A DNA stretch of 64,000 nucleotides from an uncultured Pseudomonadota bacterium (lineage in GTDB: Bacteria > Babelota > Babeliae > Babelales > RVW-14). Under the pieces are notes generated by a model. The model made no database searches. It was not told where the DNA came from and worked only from the letters and a program-made list of their open reading frames with translations. The position numbers were made by a program, and so were the translations under genes. Shown piece by piece: positions 7,785 through 16,092 of the stretch. The stretch is from the NCBI GenBank assembly GCA_964493325.1, contig CAZBMD010000009.1, positions 1,121 through 65,120 of the forward strand. The letters run 5' to 3'. The first letter of the stretch is position 1, and each line of letters begins with the position of its first letter.

Positions 7785-9311
7785 ATGAAGATCTTGATAA
7801 GAAAACTCGGTGTAATCGGCTTATTTCTGAGCTGCTCGCTTGGCCAGACGGCTGGAATGACAACTCAAGCTAGTAAAAAAATTAGGCCCCGAATCGGCTC
7901 ACAGCAAACGAAGATTCATCAGCCAACAAGTCACCCACATTTCACCTCAAAATCTCGTAATTATTCCTCAAGTCAGCCCAAAGCTCCTCAGTCCCAAACA
8001 TCCTGGGCTAGATTTAAAAACTTTTTCAATTTAAAAAAAGAAGACTCAAGCTCAGAATCAAATTGGACTAAATTCAAAAACTATTTCAATTGGAAAAAAA
8101 CAATATCAGATCCGGATCAGAGCTTTAAATTAGGAATAAATGACTTTCTACAAAAGGCTCTGGAAGAGAATCATTTACGAGAAACACTTCTCGCAAAAGA
8201 CAAATACGGATATTTATCAACCCTTGAAAAAGTAGGGCGTCAAGATTTTATAAATTACGCCAGAAAGGCAAATCTGTTAAAAGAAATTCTTCTTGATAGC
8301 AACAAATACAGCGGGTTTTCATTTTTAAAAACACTTCGTGTAAATGGACTAAATAGGGAATCAGCTGCGCAAGAGTTTATAGAACTAGCCAGAGAAGCCA
8401 ATTGCCTAAAAGATGTTCTTTTAGTAGGGTTCGATGATTTTTACAAATATCCCCACATCCTTGACGATATAACCATGAAGCAGTATTTAGAGTTAGCTCA
8501 AGAATGTAATTCAATCGACACCGTTCTAACGCAAAACTTTTCCCAACGCGAAAATCTTCTCTCTAATGCCTTAATATATATTAAACCAGACGACGTTTTA
8601 CAAATTCTTTATTTTCTAAATAAAGAAGAAGTCAGCAAAGATCTAATAGAAAAAACTCTTCTGGTTGATGAAGTAACAAATATCCTATATTACTTCTATC
8701 AAACAATCGCTGCAGATATAAAGAAACCGGTACCGATATATGAACTAAATAAATATGATAAAGAAGAAAATTATCGTCAAGATGCTGCATATAATAAAAT
8801 TATACAAAATCAAATAACCATGGAAAGCGGCGCTATACACAATCAATTAAAAATACTACTAAAAAAATATCCTGACATAAGAAAACGTTTATACCTTCAA
8901 AAAAATCAAGTTACCAATAAAACGTTATTACACTATGCCAAAAAAATAACAAAGAAAGATTTAGAGATACTTGACGGTGACATAGATCTATTAAAAGAAC
9001 TCATTAAGAGCAAAGATAATGACGGTGTTCAGGCAATTCATTCGTCAAAATGCTTTAAAGATGCAACTGAGTACCTAAAAGATCTCATACCCGAGAAAGA
9101 TGAGATTTGGAGTTATTTTTATAGTATAAATCTCCATCAATATAAAGCTTCGGTTTTTGAATCACCAGAAAGTTTTTATAATATGAGAAAACCTTTCTTA
9201 AAAGAACCTGATACTCACCCTGAAGAGGCTCAAGAAGCTACTGAGTCTTCAACAAATGAACCTCTAAATGCTATAGATTATGTGGATACTATAGATGATG
9301 TGAAAGAATAA
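7785..9311 (+). CDS. Secreted repeat-containing orphan protein (508 aa)
   Basis: GGAG RBS followed by a signal-like N-terminus (LGVIGLFLSCSLGQTAG). Duplicated motif SWARFKNFFNLKK / NWTKFKNYFNWKK. Three ~35-40-aa helical repeats (QDFINYARKANLLKEILL / AQEFIELAREANCLKDVLL / MKQYLELAQECNSIDTVL). Acidic C-terminus. Confidence 0.65.
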   Translation: MKILIRKLGVIGLFLSCSLGQTAGMTTQASKKIRPRIGSQQTKIHQPTSHPHFTSKSRNYSSSQPKAPQSQTSWARFKNFFNLKKEDSSSESNWTKFKNYFNWKKTISDPDQSFKLGINDFLQKALEENHLRETLLAKDKYGYLSTLEKVGRQDFINYARKANLLKEILLDSNKYSGFSFLKTLRVNGLNRESAAQEFIELAREANCLKDVLLVGFDDFYKYPHILDDITMKQYLELAQECNSIDTVLTQNFSQRENLLSNALIYIKPDDVLQILYFLNKEEVSKDLIEKTLLVDEVTNILYYFYQTIAADIKKPVPIYELNKYDKEENYRQDAAYNKIIQNQITMESGAIHNQLKILLKKYPDIRKRLYLQKNQVTNKTLLHYAKKITKKDLEILDGDIDLLKELIKSKDNDGVQAIHSSKCFKDATEYLKDLIPEKDEIWSYFYSINLHQYKASVFESPESFYNMRKPFLKEPDTHPEEAQEATESSTNEPLNAIDYVDTIDDVKE

Positions 9312-9329
9312 CTCTATAATAACAGATTT

Positions 9330-9360
9330 TGGGGAGAACGAAAATAATAGGTTCTCCCCA
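9330..9360. terminator. Bidirectional hairpin terminator between convergent genes
   Basis: TGGGGAGAAC-gaaaataatag-GTTCTCCCCA, preceded by tttt. It lies between the stop at 9311 (+) and the stop at 9368 (-). Confidence 0.7.
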
Positions 9361-9367
9361 CTTTCAG

Positions 9368-10072
9368 CTACGCTGATACACTATCAAATGAACGTAGTGA
9401 AGAATTCGTTGAAATCAAAAGAGATTGCAACTGAATTGCCCCCTTGTGCTTTGGCTCCATAAAGAGCAACGTTTGTAGCTCATTTTTTACCAAAGACTCA
9501 TCAGATAGCTTAAAAGCAACAAGCGAAAGATAATAGTGTGCATCAACGTAGCTTGGCGCAAGCGTAATGGCCCGCATAAAGCTCTCTTTTGCCCGCAGCA
9601 AGTCGCCCTGTTGCGCACAAACCTTGCCCATATTCACCAGAGCCACCTCGGGAGTCAGGTAGTAGGCATCGGCAATCAATGTATTCCAGATCTCTATTGC
9701 CCGTTCAACATCACCCCTTTGAGCACACAAACAAGCAATGTTATTCATAATATCACCACGCAGTGCAGCTTCTGGATTCCCAGCAAGTGCGTCTTGAAGA
9801 GCCTTAAGACTTTGATCAAACAAGCCAAGGTTGATCAAAATAGTCCCGCGAAGCGCGAGGTACGACGGTTTTTTTTCGCAGACAAGTGCTTGATCTATGT
9901 ATTCCAAAGCTTTTTTATAAGCAATTGGGGCTCCATCTCGATCGGAAAGCTCCAACATACAAAGCGTGTAAAACGTTTTTCCTAATTTTTCGTTCTTTGG
10001 TTCTTGCTTGCCACAGCTTGCAAAAAACAAGCTGAGTATTCCTACAAACAAACTCTTCTGATATTTTTTCAT
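9368..10072 (-). CDS. TPR-repeat lipoprotein
   Basis: MKKYQKSLFVGILSLFFASCGK has the lipobox FASC, and GAGGTGAGAG is a good RBS. Tandem TPR-like 34-aa units follow (ALEYIDQAL, LALRGTILINLGLFDQSLKALQDAL, NNIACLCAQRGDVERAIEIW, VNMGKVCAQQGDLLRAKESFMRAITLAP). Confidence 0.75.
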   Translation of the reverse strand: MKKYQKSLFVGILSLFFASCGKQEPKNEKLGKTFYTLCMLELSDRDGAPIAYKKALEYIDQALVCEKKPSYLALRGTILINLGLFDQSLKALQDALAGNPEAALRGDIMNNIACLCAQRGDVERAIEIWNTLIADAYYLTPEVALVNMGKVCAQQGDLLRAKESFMRAITLAPSYVDAHYYLSLVAFKLSDESLVKNELQTLLFMEPKHKGAIQLQSLLISTNSSLRSFDSVSA

Positions 10073-10203
10073 CTCTCACCTCTTTGGACAAATTCATGTT
10101 CAAGACCAACCACATTTGTTATACTTTGTTCGCTTTCTAGTCTGGCAAAGATTATGAAAAAAATATTGATGCAAGCTGAAGTATCGTGCGCAAAAGGACC
10201 AAC

Positions 10204-11643
10204 GTGCAGCTGATTTGGGAAGAATTTTTAAAAATTATTAAAGAAGAAGCCGGGAGCCAAGTTGTTGAAACATGGTTCAAGGCTGTCATTCTTGAAGATT
10301 GGAGTCCGTCTTCGACAACCGTCACGTTGCGCGTCCCCAACCAATTTGTCAGCAAATGGATCCAGCAACACTATACAGAGCTCCTAAAAACGCATCTATC
10401 ACGCCTCTTACACACTCCAACACTGCGCCTATTTTTCATCTGCAGCTCGCCCGAAACCATGAAGCGCAACATCATTCCGGCATCTATGGCACAACATTCG
10501 CTCCCCTTGGAGAATCGCAATTCTGCTCACCAGACGCCAAATAATGCGCAATATGCTGTTTCTAAATCAGTTACCAGCACCAAAATTGCAGTCAGCAACA
10601 AACGACTAAAGGAAAAAAATTCTCCTAACCTAAACGAACAGTACCGGTTTGAAACCTTTGTTGTAGGCCCAAGCAACTCGCTTGCTCATGCTGCAGCGCA
10701 TGCTATTACCGATAGCATCGGTCGCGTGTACAACCCTCTTTTTATCTATGGGGGTACCGGCCTTGGAAAAACTCATTTATTGCATGCTATCGGCAATGAA
10801 GTTAAAAAGAAAAACCCTCAGTTAATCGTTTGTTATGAAACATGCGACCACTTTATTAATGAGTTTATCCACTCTATCCGCCTTGACCGAAGCGCTCAGT
10901 TCAGGCAAAAATATGAAAAAATTGATGTGCTACTTCTTGATGATATTCAATTCTTGTCGAATAAAGAGCAAACACAAGAAAGCTTTTTTCACATTTTTAA
11001 CTCACTCTATCAGCTAAAAAAACAAATTGTGCTCTCAAGCGATACCTTCCCCAAAGAAATTACCGGCCTACAAAGTCGTTTGAAATCGCGTATGGAGTGG
11101 GGACTTGTTGCTGACATTCAAATTCCAGATCTTGAAACGAAGATTGCCATTCTTGAAAAAAACGCAGACGCTCATAAACTAAAGCTTCCTCATGATGTTG
11201 CTGACTTTATCGCTTCACGCGTTATTTCCAGCATTCGCGAGTTAGAAGGAGCACTGATCCGCGTAAGTGCATTTGCCTCATTGACCAATCAACCGATTTC
11301 GCTTGAAATGGCTCGCAAAGTACTCCTCAACTTGAGTGAACGCAGGCAAGAGGGAGTTGGGCTTGAAAATGTTCTTAGGATAGTAGCCAAGCATTATGGA
11401 GTCTCGATTAATGACATTAAATCCAAAAAACGGCAGCAAGACATCACGATAGTCCGCCAGGTTGCTCTTTATTTTATGAAAAAATTGACCCTCTCTTCGC
11501 TGCAAGTAATTGGAAATTACATCGGAGGACGCGACCACTCAACGGTTATCCATGCCATATCAAAAATTGAACACATGCTGAATAAGGAGCAAGACTTTGG
11601 TCAGAAGCTCAAGCAAATTGAGCAAGAAATCCTAATGAATTAA
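10204..11643 (+). CDS. dnaA: Chromosomal replication initiator DnaA
   Basis: Walker A GGTGLGKTHLLHAIGNE, then LLLDDIQFL, sensor SIRELEGALIRV, and the C-terminal DNA-binding domain (VRQVALYFMKKLT...GGRDHSTVIHAISKIE). The ORF opens with a GTG at 10186. The in-frame GTG at 10204 follows AAAGGA at 5-nt spacing and is preferred. The start remains uncertain. Confidence 0.93.
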   Translation: MQLIWEEFLKIIKEEAGSQVVETWFKAVILEDWSPSSTTVTLRVPNQFVSKWIQQHYTELLKTHLSRLLHTPTLRLFFICSSPETMKRNIIPASMAQHSLPLENRNSAHQTPNNAQYAVSKSVTSTKIAVSNKRLKEKNSPNLNEQYRFETFVVGPSNSLAHAAAHAITDSIGRVYNPLFIYGGTGLGKTHLLHAIGNEVKKKNPQLIVCYETCDHFINEFIHSIRLDRSAQFRQKYEKIDVLLLDDIQFLSNKEQTQESFFHIFNSLYQLKKQIVLSSDTFPKEITGLQSRLKSRMEWGLVADIQIPDLETKIAILEKNADAHKLKLPHDVADFIASRVISSIRELEGALIRVSAFASLTNQPISLEMARKVLLNLSERRQEGVGLENVLRIVAKHYGVSINDIKSKKRQQDITIVRQVALYFMKKLTLSSLQVIGNYIGGRDHSTVIHAISKIEHMLNKEQDFGQKLKQIEQEILMN

Positions 11644-11729
11644 TTTCCTGTATTTTTCAAGCACAATCAGGTAAATTGCAGATAATTAGTTCGTTCTAAA
11701 AGAGTAAATCCACCAAGGAGTTTTTGCTT

Positions 11730-12827
11730 ATGAGTAGGATTGCTATCATTCTTACACTGCTTTGCATGGTACCTGGTTGCAGCAAACAAGAAGAATCAAA
11801 ACGCACAGAAAATAACGATATAGAGGTAGTTGCCAATGTTGGCCAAGCACTACCAACACTCAGGTCTCAGCTCGTTGATACTGACGATTATGATCAAAAA
11901 GATGATCTTGCAAATAAACCTGCAAAACAGAAAAAAACCTCAGCCGCGCCCAAAAAAAATATTCCAACAGCCAGCTCGATGGAAAAACTTGATTTTGATG
12001 TAGAAAATGATACCGGCAAGACAGTATATCTTACCTGTTTTTCATACATAAAAAAACGCCCTCTTGGCTACTGGCGCTGGGACAAATCACGCGTCTACAA
12101 GGTTAAATCGGGCGAATCAGCCACCATAGACATCGACGTCATTCCTGACGAACAGGACCGGATGAGCGTTTATGGCTATCTTGGCGTTTTCGGAACAAAA
12201 AAAGAGGCTGATCAAGCAACGTTTGAGTTGATGGATGATCGCAACAAACTCGATCTTGACCTTCTCGTTAATTTAAAAGGTAAAAAAGTTACCCTAGACG
12301 TCAAACATTACGGTTTTTTAGGCGAATTTTTCGACTTTGATTTTGTAAAAAAAAACGAAGAATCGACCACTAATGAAGCCCCAGAAGTTGATTTTATGGT
12401 AGAAAACAATACGGGGAAGACTATTTTGATCACTTGCTTTGTCTACCAAAAAAAGGCTAAGGGCACATGGTTTGCAGCTGTTGATGAAAAAGATGACATG
12501 GAGGTATGGCGCTTTGATAAAACAGAAGTACTCACCCTTGCTCCAGGAGAAAGTAAAATTGTTGATGTTGATACCATTACAGAAAAGCGCGACCGAGACT
12601 ACGTTCGAGGATATCTTGCTGTCTATGATGAACACGAAGCCCAGAAAGCTCGTGATGCAACCTTTGAGCTTTTGCCGTCTCGACGCAAACTGTATCTTGG
12701 AACACTGTCCCTGCTTAAAAAAAAGAAAATTGTTATAGAAGTTGAAGAATATGGCATTGCCGAAGATTTTATCGATTTTGTTATGAAACCAGTTCAAAGA
12801 ATAGATTTTTCGAAAGTCGCTCCGTGA
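11730..12827 (+). CDS. Lipoprotein built from two tandem copies of an uncharacterised ~125-aa domain
   Basis: AAGGAG lies 9 nt before the ATG at 11730. MSRIAIILTLLCMVPGCSK has a lipobox. The internal duplication pairs LDFDVENDTGKTVYLTCFSYIKK...ATFELMDDRNKLDL...VTLDVKHYGFLGEFFDFDFV with VDFMVENNTGKTILITCFVYQKK...ATFELLPSRRKLYL...IVIEVEEYGIAEDFIDFVM. Confidence 0.7.
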   Translation: MSRIAIILTLLCMVPGCSKQEESKRTENNDIEVVANVGQALPTLRSQLVDTDDYDQKDDLANKPAKQKKTSAAPKKNIPTASSMEKLDFDVENDTGKTVYLTCFSYIKKRPLGYWRWDKSRVYKVKSGESATIDIDVIPDEQDRMSVYGYLGVFGTKKEADQATFELMDDRNKLDLDLLVNLKGKKVTLDVKHYGFLGEFFDFDFVKKNEESTTNEAPEVDFMVENNTGKTILITCFVYQKKAKGTWFAAVDEKDDMEVWRFDKTEVLTLAPGESKIVDVDTITEKRDRDYVRGYLAVYDEHEAQKARDATFELLPSRRKLYLGTLSLLKKKKIVIEVEEYGIAEDFIDFVMKPVQRIDFSKVAP

Positions 12828-13747
12828 CCAACAACGACCAAAAACCACCAGAAGCAAAAAATACCACGACTGTTTATCACAAAAGTGTTTTAGTCCAAGA
12901 GGTCCTTGAGTACCTCAAGCCGCAACCTAACGGCCTGTATGTAGATGCAACGTTTGGCGGCGGGGGGCACACAAGAGCTATCCTAGAAGCGGAGCCAACA
13001 TGCAAGGTTATTGCCCTTGATTGGGACAAAGAAGCTATTAATCGCAACGAACCAAAGCTTGCAGAAGAATTTGGCGACCGACTACAAGTCATTTGGGGCA
13101 ACTTTATCCATCTAGATAAACTTTTAAAAAAAGAAAAAATAGATGCAATTGATGGCATTCTTGCCGATTTTGGAACATCGCAATTTCAGATCCATCAAAA
13201 AGCTGGATTTTCTTTTTCTACCGACACACCGCTTGATATGCGTATGTCGCCAGCTCATCAGCTTGTTTGGGCAGCTGATTTAATTAATTCTCTGAACGAG
13301 AAAGATCTTGCAAACCTTTTTTATGAATATGGTGAAGAATTTAGGTCGCGCATTATCGCACGAGCAATTGTTGCTGAACGTAAAAAAAAGCGAATTGCAA
13401 CAACAAAGCAATTGGTCGACATTATCGAGTCGGTAATCCCTCACCTCAAGGGTCGCGGTATTCATCCAGCTACAAAAGTTTTTCAAGCTCTTCGCATCAA
13501 AGTTAATAACGAGCTTGATAACATAACGCTTTTTTTAAAACTTGCTACATCATTTATTCGCCCTTCTGGACGCATCGTGTGCATTAGCTTCCATTCACTT
13601 GAAGATCGCATCGTAAAAACATTTTTTAAAGAACAAAAAGAATTGCTCTCTACGCTCACACCAAAACCTGTTACAGGAACCAGTGCAGAGATAGCTCGCA
13701 ATGCATCTGCGCGATCAGCAAAATTGCGAGCCGCAGAAAAAAAATAG
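12824..13747 (+). CDS. rsmH: 16S rRNA (cytosine1402-N4)-methyltransferase RsmH (MraW)
   Basis: HKSVLVQEVLEYL...YVDATFGGGGHTRAIL...ALDWD...GILADFGTSQFQ...GFSF...PLDMRM...SFHSLEDRIVK...RSAKLRA. The GTG start overlaps the upstream stop (GTGA). Confidence 0.92.
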   Translation: MTNNDQKPPEAKNTTTVYHKSVLVQEVLEYLKPQPNGLYVDATFGGGGHTRAILEAEPTCKVIALDWDKEAINRNEPKLAEEFGDRLQVIWGNFIHLDKLLKKEKIDAIDGILADFGTSQFQIHQKAGFSFSTDTPLDMRMSPAHQLVWAADLINSLNEKDLANLFYEYGEEFRSRIIARAIVAERKKKRIATTKQLVDIIESVIPHLKGRGIHPATKVFQALRIKVNNELDNITLFLKLATSFIRPSGRIVCISFHSLEDRIVKTFFKEQKELLSTLTPKPVTGTSAEIARNASARSAKLRAAEKK

Positions 13748-13775
13748 TTTTTTGCAAAAAGGTTGCTCATATCAG

Positions 13776-13804
13776 TTGACAAAATTCTGCTGAACATTTA
13801 AATT
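13776..13804 (+). promoter_or_regulatory. Sigma70-like promoter candidate for spoVG and tRNA-Gln
   Basis: TTGACA, then 17 nt, then TAAATT. It would give a ~100-nt leader before the spoVG ATG. Pattern match only. Confidence 0.35.
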
Positions 13805-13908
13805 GTACCCATGCTGAGTAAGTTATTGAAAGATATGAGTTTCGATAAGGGTAGCAGGGCATTGCGGCCTCATAACTCACAGCCTGGTTGTTAACCAAAG
13901 GAATATAC

Positions 13909-14190
13909 ATGAAAATAACTGAGATAAAAGTTTATCCAGCAAATGAAGGCAAACTAAAAGCCTACGCAACCATGGTCTTTGATGAATGTTTTATTGTCCG
14001 TGATATGAAAATTATCAAAAGCGACAAGGGTCTCTTTGTTTCAATGCCATCCCGTCGAAAAAAAGACGGATCTTTCAAAGATATCGTACATCCGCTTAAC
14101 GTTGATACAAGAAAGATGATTGAAGATAGTATCATCGAAGAGTATACTAAAGTGGTGGGTGTCGACGAGGCTAATAGCATCGAAGAATAA
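13909..14190 (+). CDS. spoVG: SpoVG-family regulatory protein
   Basis: MKITEIKVYPANEGKLKAYATMVFDECFIVRDMKIIKSDKGLFVSMPSRRKKDGSFKDIVHPLN is the canonical SpoVG sequence pattern. The ATG at 13909 lies within ORF 13888-14190. Confidence 0.9.
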   Translation: MKITEIKVYPANEGKLKAYATMVFDECFIVRDMKIIKSDKGLFVSMPSRRKKDGSFKDIVHPLNVDTRKMIEDSIIEEYTKVVGVDEANSIEE

Positions 14191-14199
14191 ATTTCTCAC

Positions 14200-14274
<75 letters not shown>

Positions 14275-14303
14275 ATTTTTCATAAATTCTTGTGAATAAT
14301 ACT

Positions 14304-15134
14304 ATGCAAAAAGAATCTTTATTGTGGGCTTCCCATTTTGTGGAAGCTTTTTTTAATTCTCCCGATTCATATATTCATCCAACGGCAATTGTTGATCCGC
14401 GTGTAAAGCTTGGATCTGGTGCAAAAATTGGACCCTTCTGTACCCTTATTGGCGATATCACTATTGGCAAAAATACCAGACTTTATGGTCATGTATCTGT
14501 TGGTTTTCCTGCTCAGAGCAGAGGGACCAAAGACAACACCGGCACTATCGTTATTGGCGATGATTGCGAAATCAGAGAATTTGTAACCATCCATGGCTCA
14601 AAATATCCCGCTGGACAAACCATTATCGGCAACAACTGTTATTTGATGAACTACTGTCATGTTAGCCACGATGTTACGCTAGAAGACAACGTAACGCTCA
14701 TCAATAGCGTTAATCTTGGCGGTCATACGTACATCGAAAAAAATGGCTTCATGATGGCTAATGCCGCGACGCATCAATTTTGCAGAGTAGGCACATTTAC
14801 CGCGCTAGCACCCTTTGGCGGCATCAGGCAAGATCTTCCGCCCTTTTGTCTTTTCTCGGGGCAACCTGCTCAATTTTCTGGTCTTAACGCAACAGGACTC
14901 AAGCGCGCTGGTTTTTCAAATGAATCGATCAATGCACTCAAGCATGTAACCAAGTTATTTTTCCAAGATAAAATTTTACTGGGTGATATCAAGGCGCTTG
15001 CTCAAGCAGAACCCGTCTGGGGCAGTGATCAAGCAGTTCAAAGGTTCATCGCTTTTATTGAAAAAAGTGACCGAGGCGTGTCTCGACGCAACATCAACGA
15101 TAAAAAAGATACGCAGCACTCTCCAACATTTTAA
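14304..15134 (+). CDS. lpxA: Acyl-ACP--UDP-N-acetylglucosamine O-acyltransferase LpxA
   Basis: Left-handed beta-helix hexapeptide repeats (IHPTAIVDPRVKLGSGAKIGPFCTLIGDITIGKNTRLYGHVSVG...IGDDCEIREFVTIH...IGNNCYLMNYCHVSHDVTLEDNVTLIN) followed by the C-terminal helical domain (GLNATGLKRAGFS). The start is either the ATG at 14304 or the GTG at 14292. Confidence 0.88.
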   Translation: MQKESLLWASHFVEAFFNSPDSYIHPTAIVDPRVKLGSGAKIGPFCTLIGDITIGKNTRLYGHVSVGFPAQSRGTKDNTGTIVIGDDCEIREFVTIHGSKYPAGQTIIGNNCYLMNYCHVSHDVTLEDNVTLINSVNLGGHTYIEKNGFMMANAATHQFCRVGTFTALAPFGGIRQDLPPFCLFSGQPAQFSGLNATGLKRAGFSNESINALKHVTKLFFQDKILLGDIKALAQAEPVWGSDQAVQRFIAFIEKSDRGVSRRNINDKKDTQHSPTF

Positions 15135-15144
15135 AACGAAATAT

Positions 15145-16092
15145 ATGAGCATGATTAAATTAGGTATCATAGGCTTAGGACGCATGGGAGGCTATCACGC
15201 TTCGGTGTGCGCACAACTTCATCAAGTTGAACTTATTGGTGTAGCTGACCAAAACAAAGAAAATTTCAAAAAACTGAGAACCAAAAATACCGAAATGTCT
15301 TCCGACTACAAAACATGGCTTGATCGTGTTGACGGCGTTATTATTGCAGTTCCAACACAATTTCATTACCAGATAGCAAAAGATTGTTTGCTTGCTGGCA
15401 AGCATGTTCTACTAGAAAAACCACTCACCAAAACACTTGAAGAAGCCGAAGAACTGTTTGCTCTTGCAACAAGCAAGGGACTCGCGCTCCACGCTGGTCA
15501 TGTAGAGCGTTTTAATGGCGGCGTGCAAGAACTCAAAAAAATTATTGATGCGCCTTTCTTTATCGAAAGCCATCGCATGGGCCCTTTTGCACCACGCGTG
15601 CAAAATGACAGCGTTGTTTTGGATTTAATGATTCATGACCTTGATATCATTTTAAATCTGATCAGCTCGCCAGTAAAAAGTATCAGCGCACAAGGGACCA
15701 AGGTTTATACCGACTCTTGTGACCTTGCAAGCGTACAAATTTGCTTTGAAAACGGAACCATTGCACACCTTGTTTCAAGCCGAGCTTCGCAAATTAAAAA
15801 ACGCACCATGCAAATTCACCAAAAAACCGAATACATCAACCTTGATTTCACAACGCAGGATATTGCAATTCATAGGCATGCAAGCAGCAGCGTGCAAATA
15901 GGGTCAGATCAACTACGTTACAAACAAGAATGCAGTATCGAACATTTGTTTGTTTATAAAGACAATCCGCTCAAGCAAGAAATTGAATATTTCATCAATT
16001 CAATTACAACGGGAGCCAACCTTTCAAATGCAGATCAAGATTTGAGAGCTCTCAAAGTTACGTATGAAATTGAGAGACTTTTAGGCCTGTAA
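15145..16092 (+). CDS. Gfo/Idh/MocA-family NAD(P)-dependent oxidoreductase (possible GnnA-like UDP-GlcNAc 3-dehydrogenase)
   Basis: MSMIKLGIIGLGRMGGYHA is a Rossmann N-terminus, followed by EKPLTKTLEEAEEL, the family's EKP motif. The track ORF start at 14983 overlaps lpxA, so I trimmed it to the ATG at 15145. Any role in lipid A is inferred from position only. Confidence 0.8.
   Translation: MSMIKLGIIGLGRMGGYHASVCAQLHQVELIGVADQNKENFKKLRTKNTEMSSDYKTWLDRVDGVIIAVPTQFHYQIAKDCLLAGKHVLLEKPLTKTLEEAEELFALATSKGLALHAGHVERFNGGVQELKKIIDAPFFIESHRMGPFAPRVQNDSVVLDLMIHDLDIILNLISSPVKSISAQGTKVYTDSCDLASVQICFENGTIAHLVSSRASQIKKRTMQIHQKTEYINLDFTTQDIAIHRHASSSVQIGSDQLRYKQECSIEHLFVYKDNPLKQEIEYFINSITTGANLSNADQDLRALKVTYEIERLLGL

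Noticed and set aside
14983-15144. A long N-terminal extension of the oxidoreductase ORF, overlapping lpxA by about 150 nt.
   Set aside because: The extension has no family similarity. The conserved Rossmann N-terminus begins right at the ATG at 15145, just after the lpxA stop.
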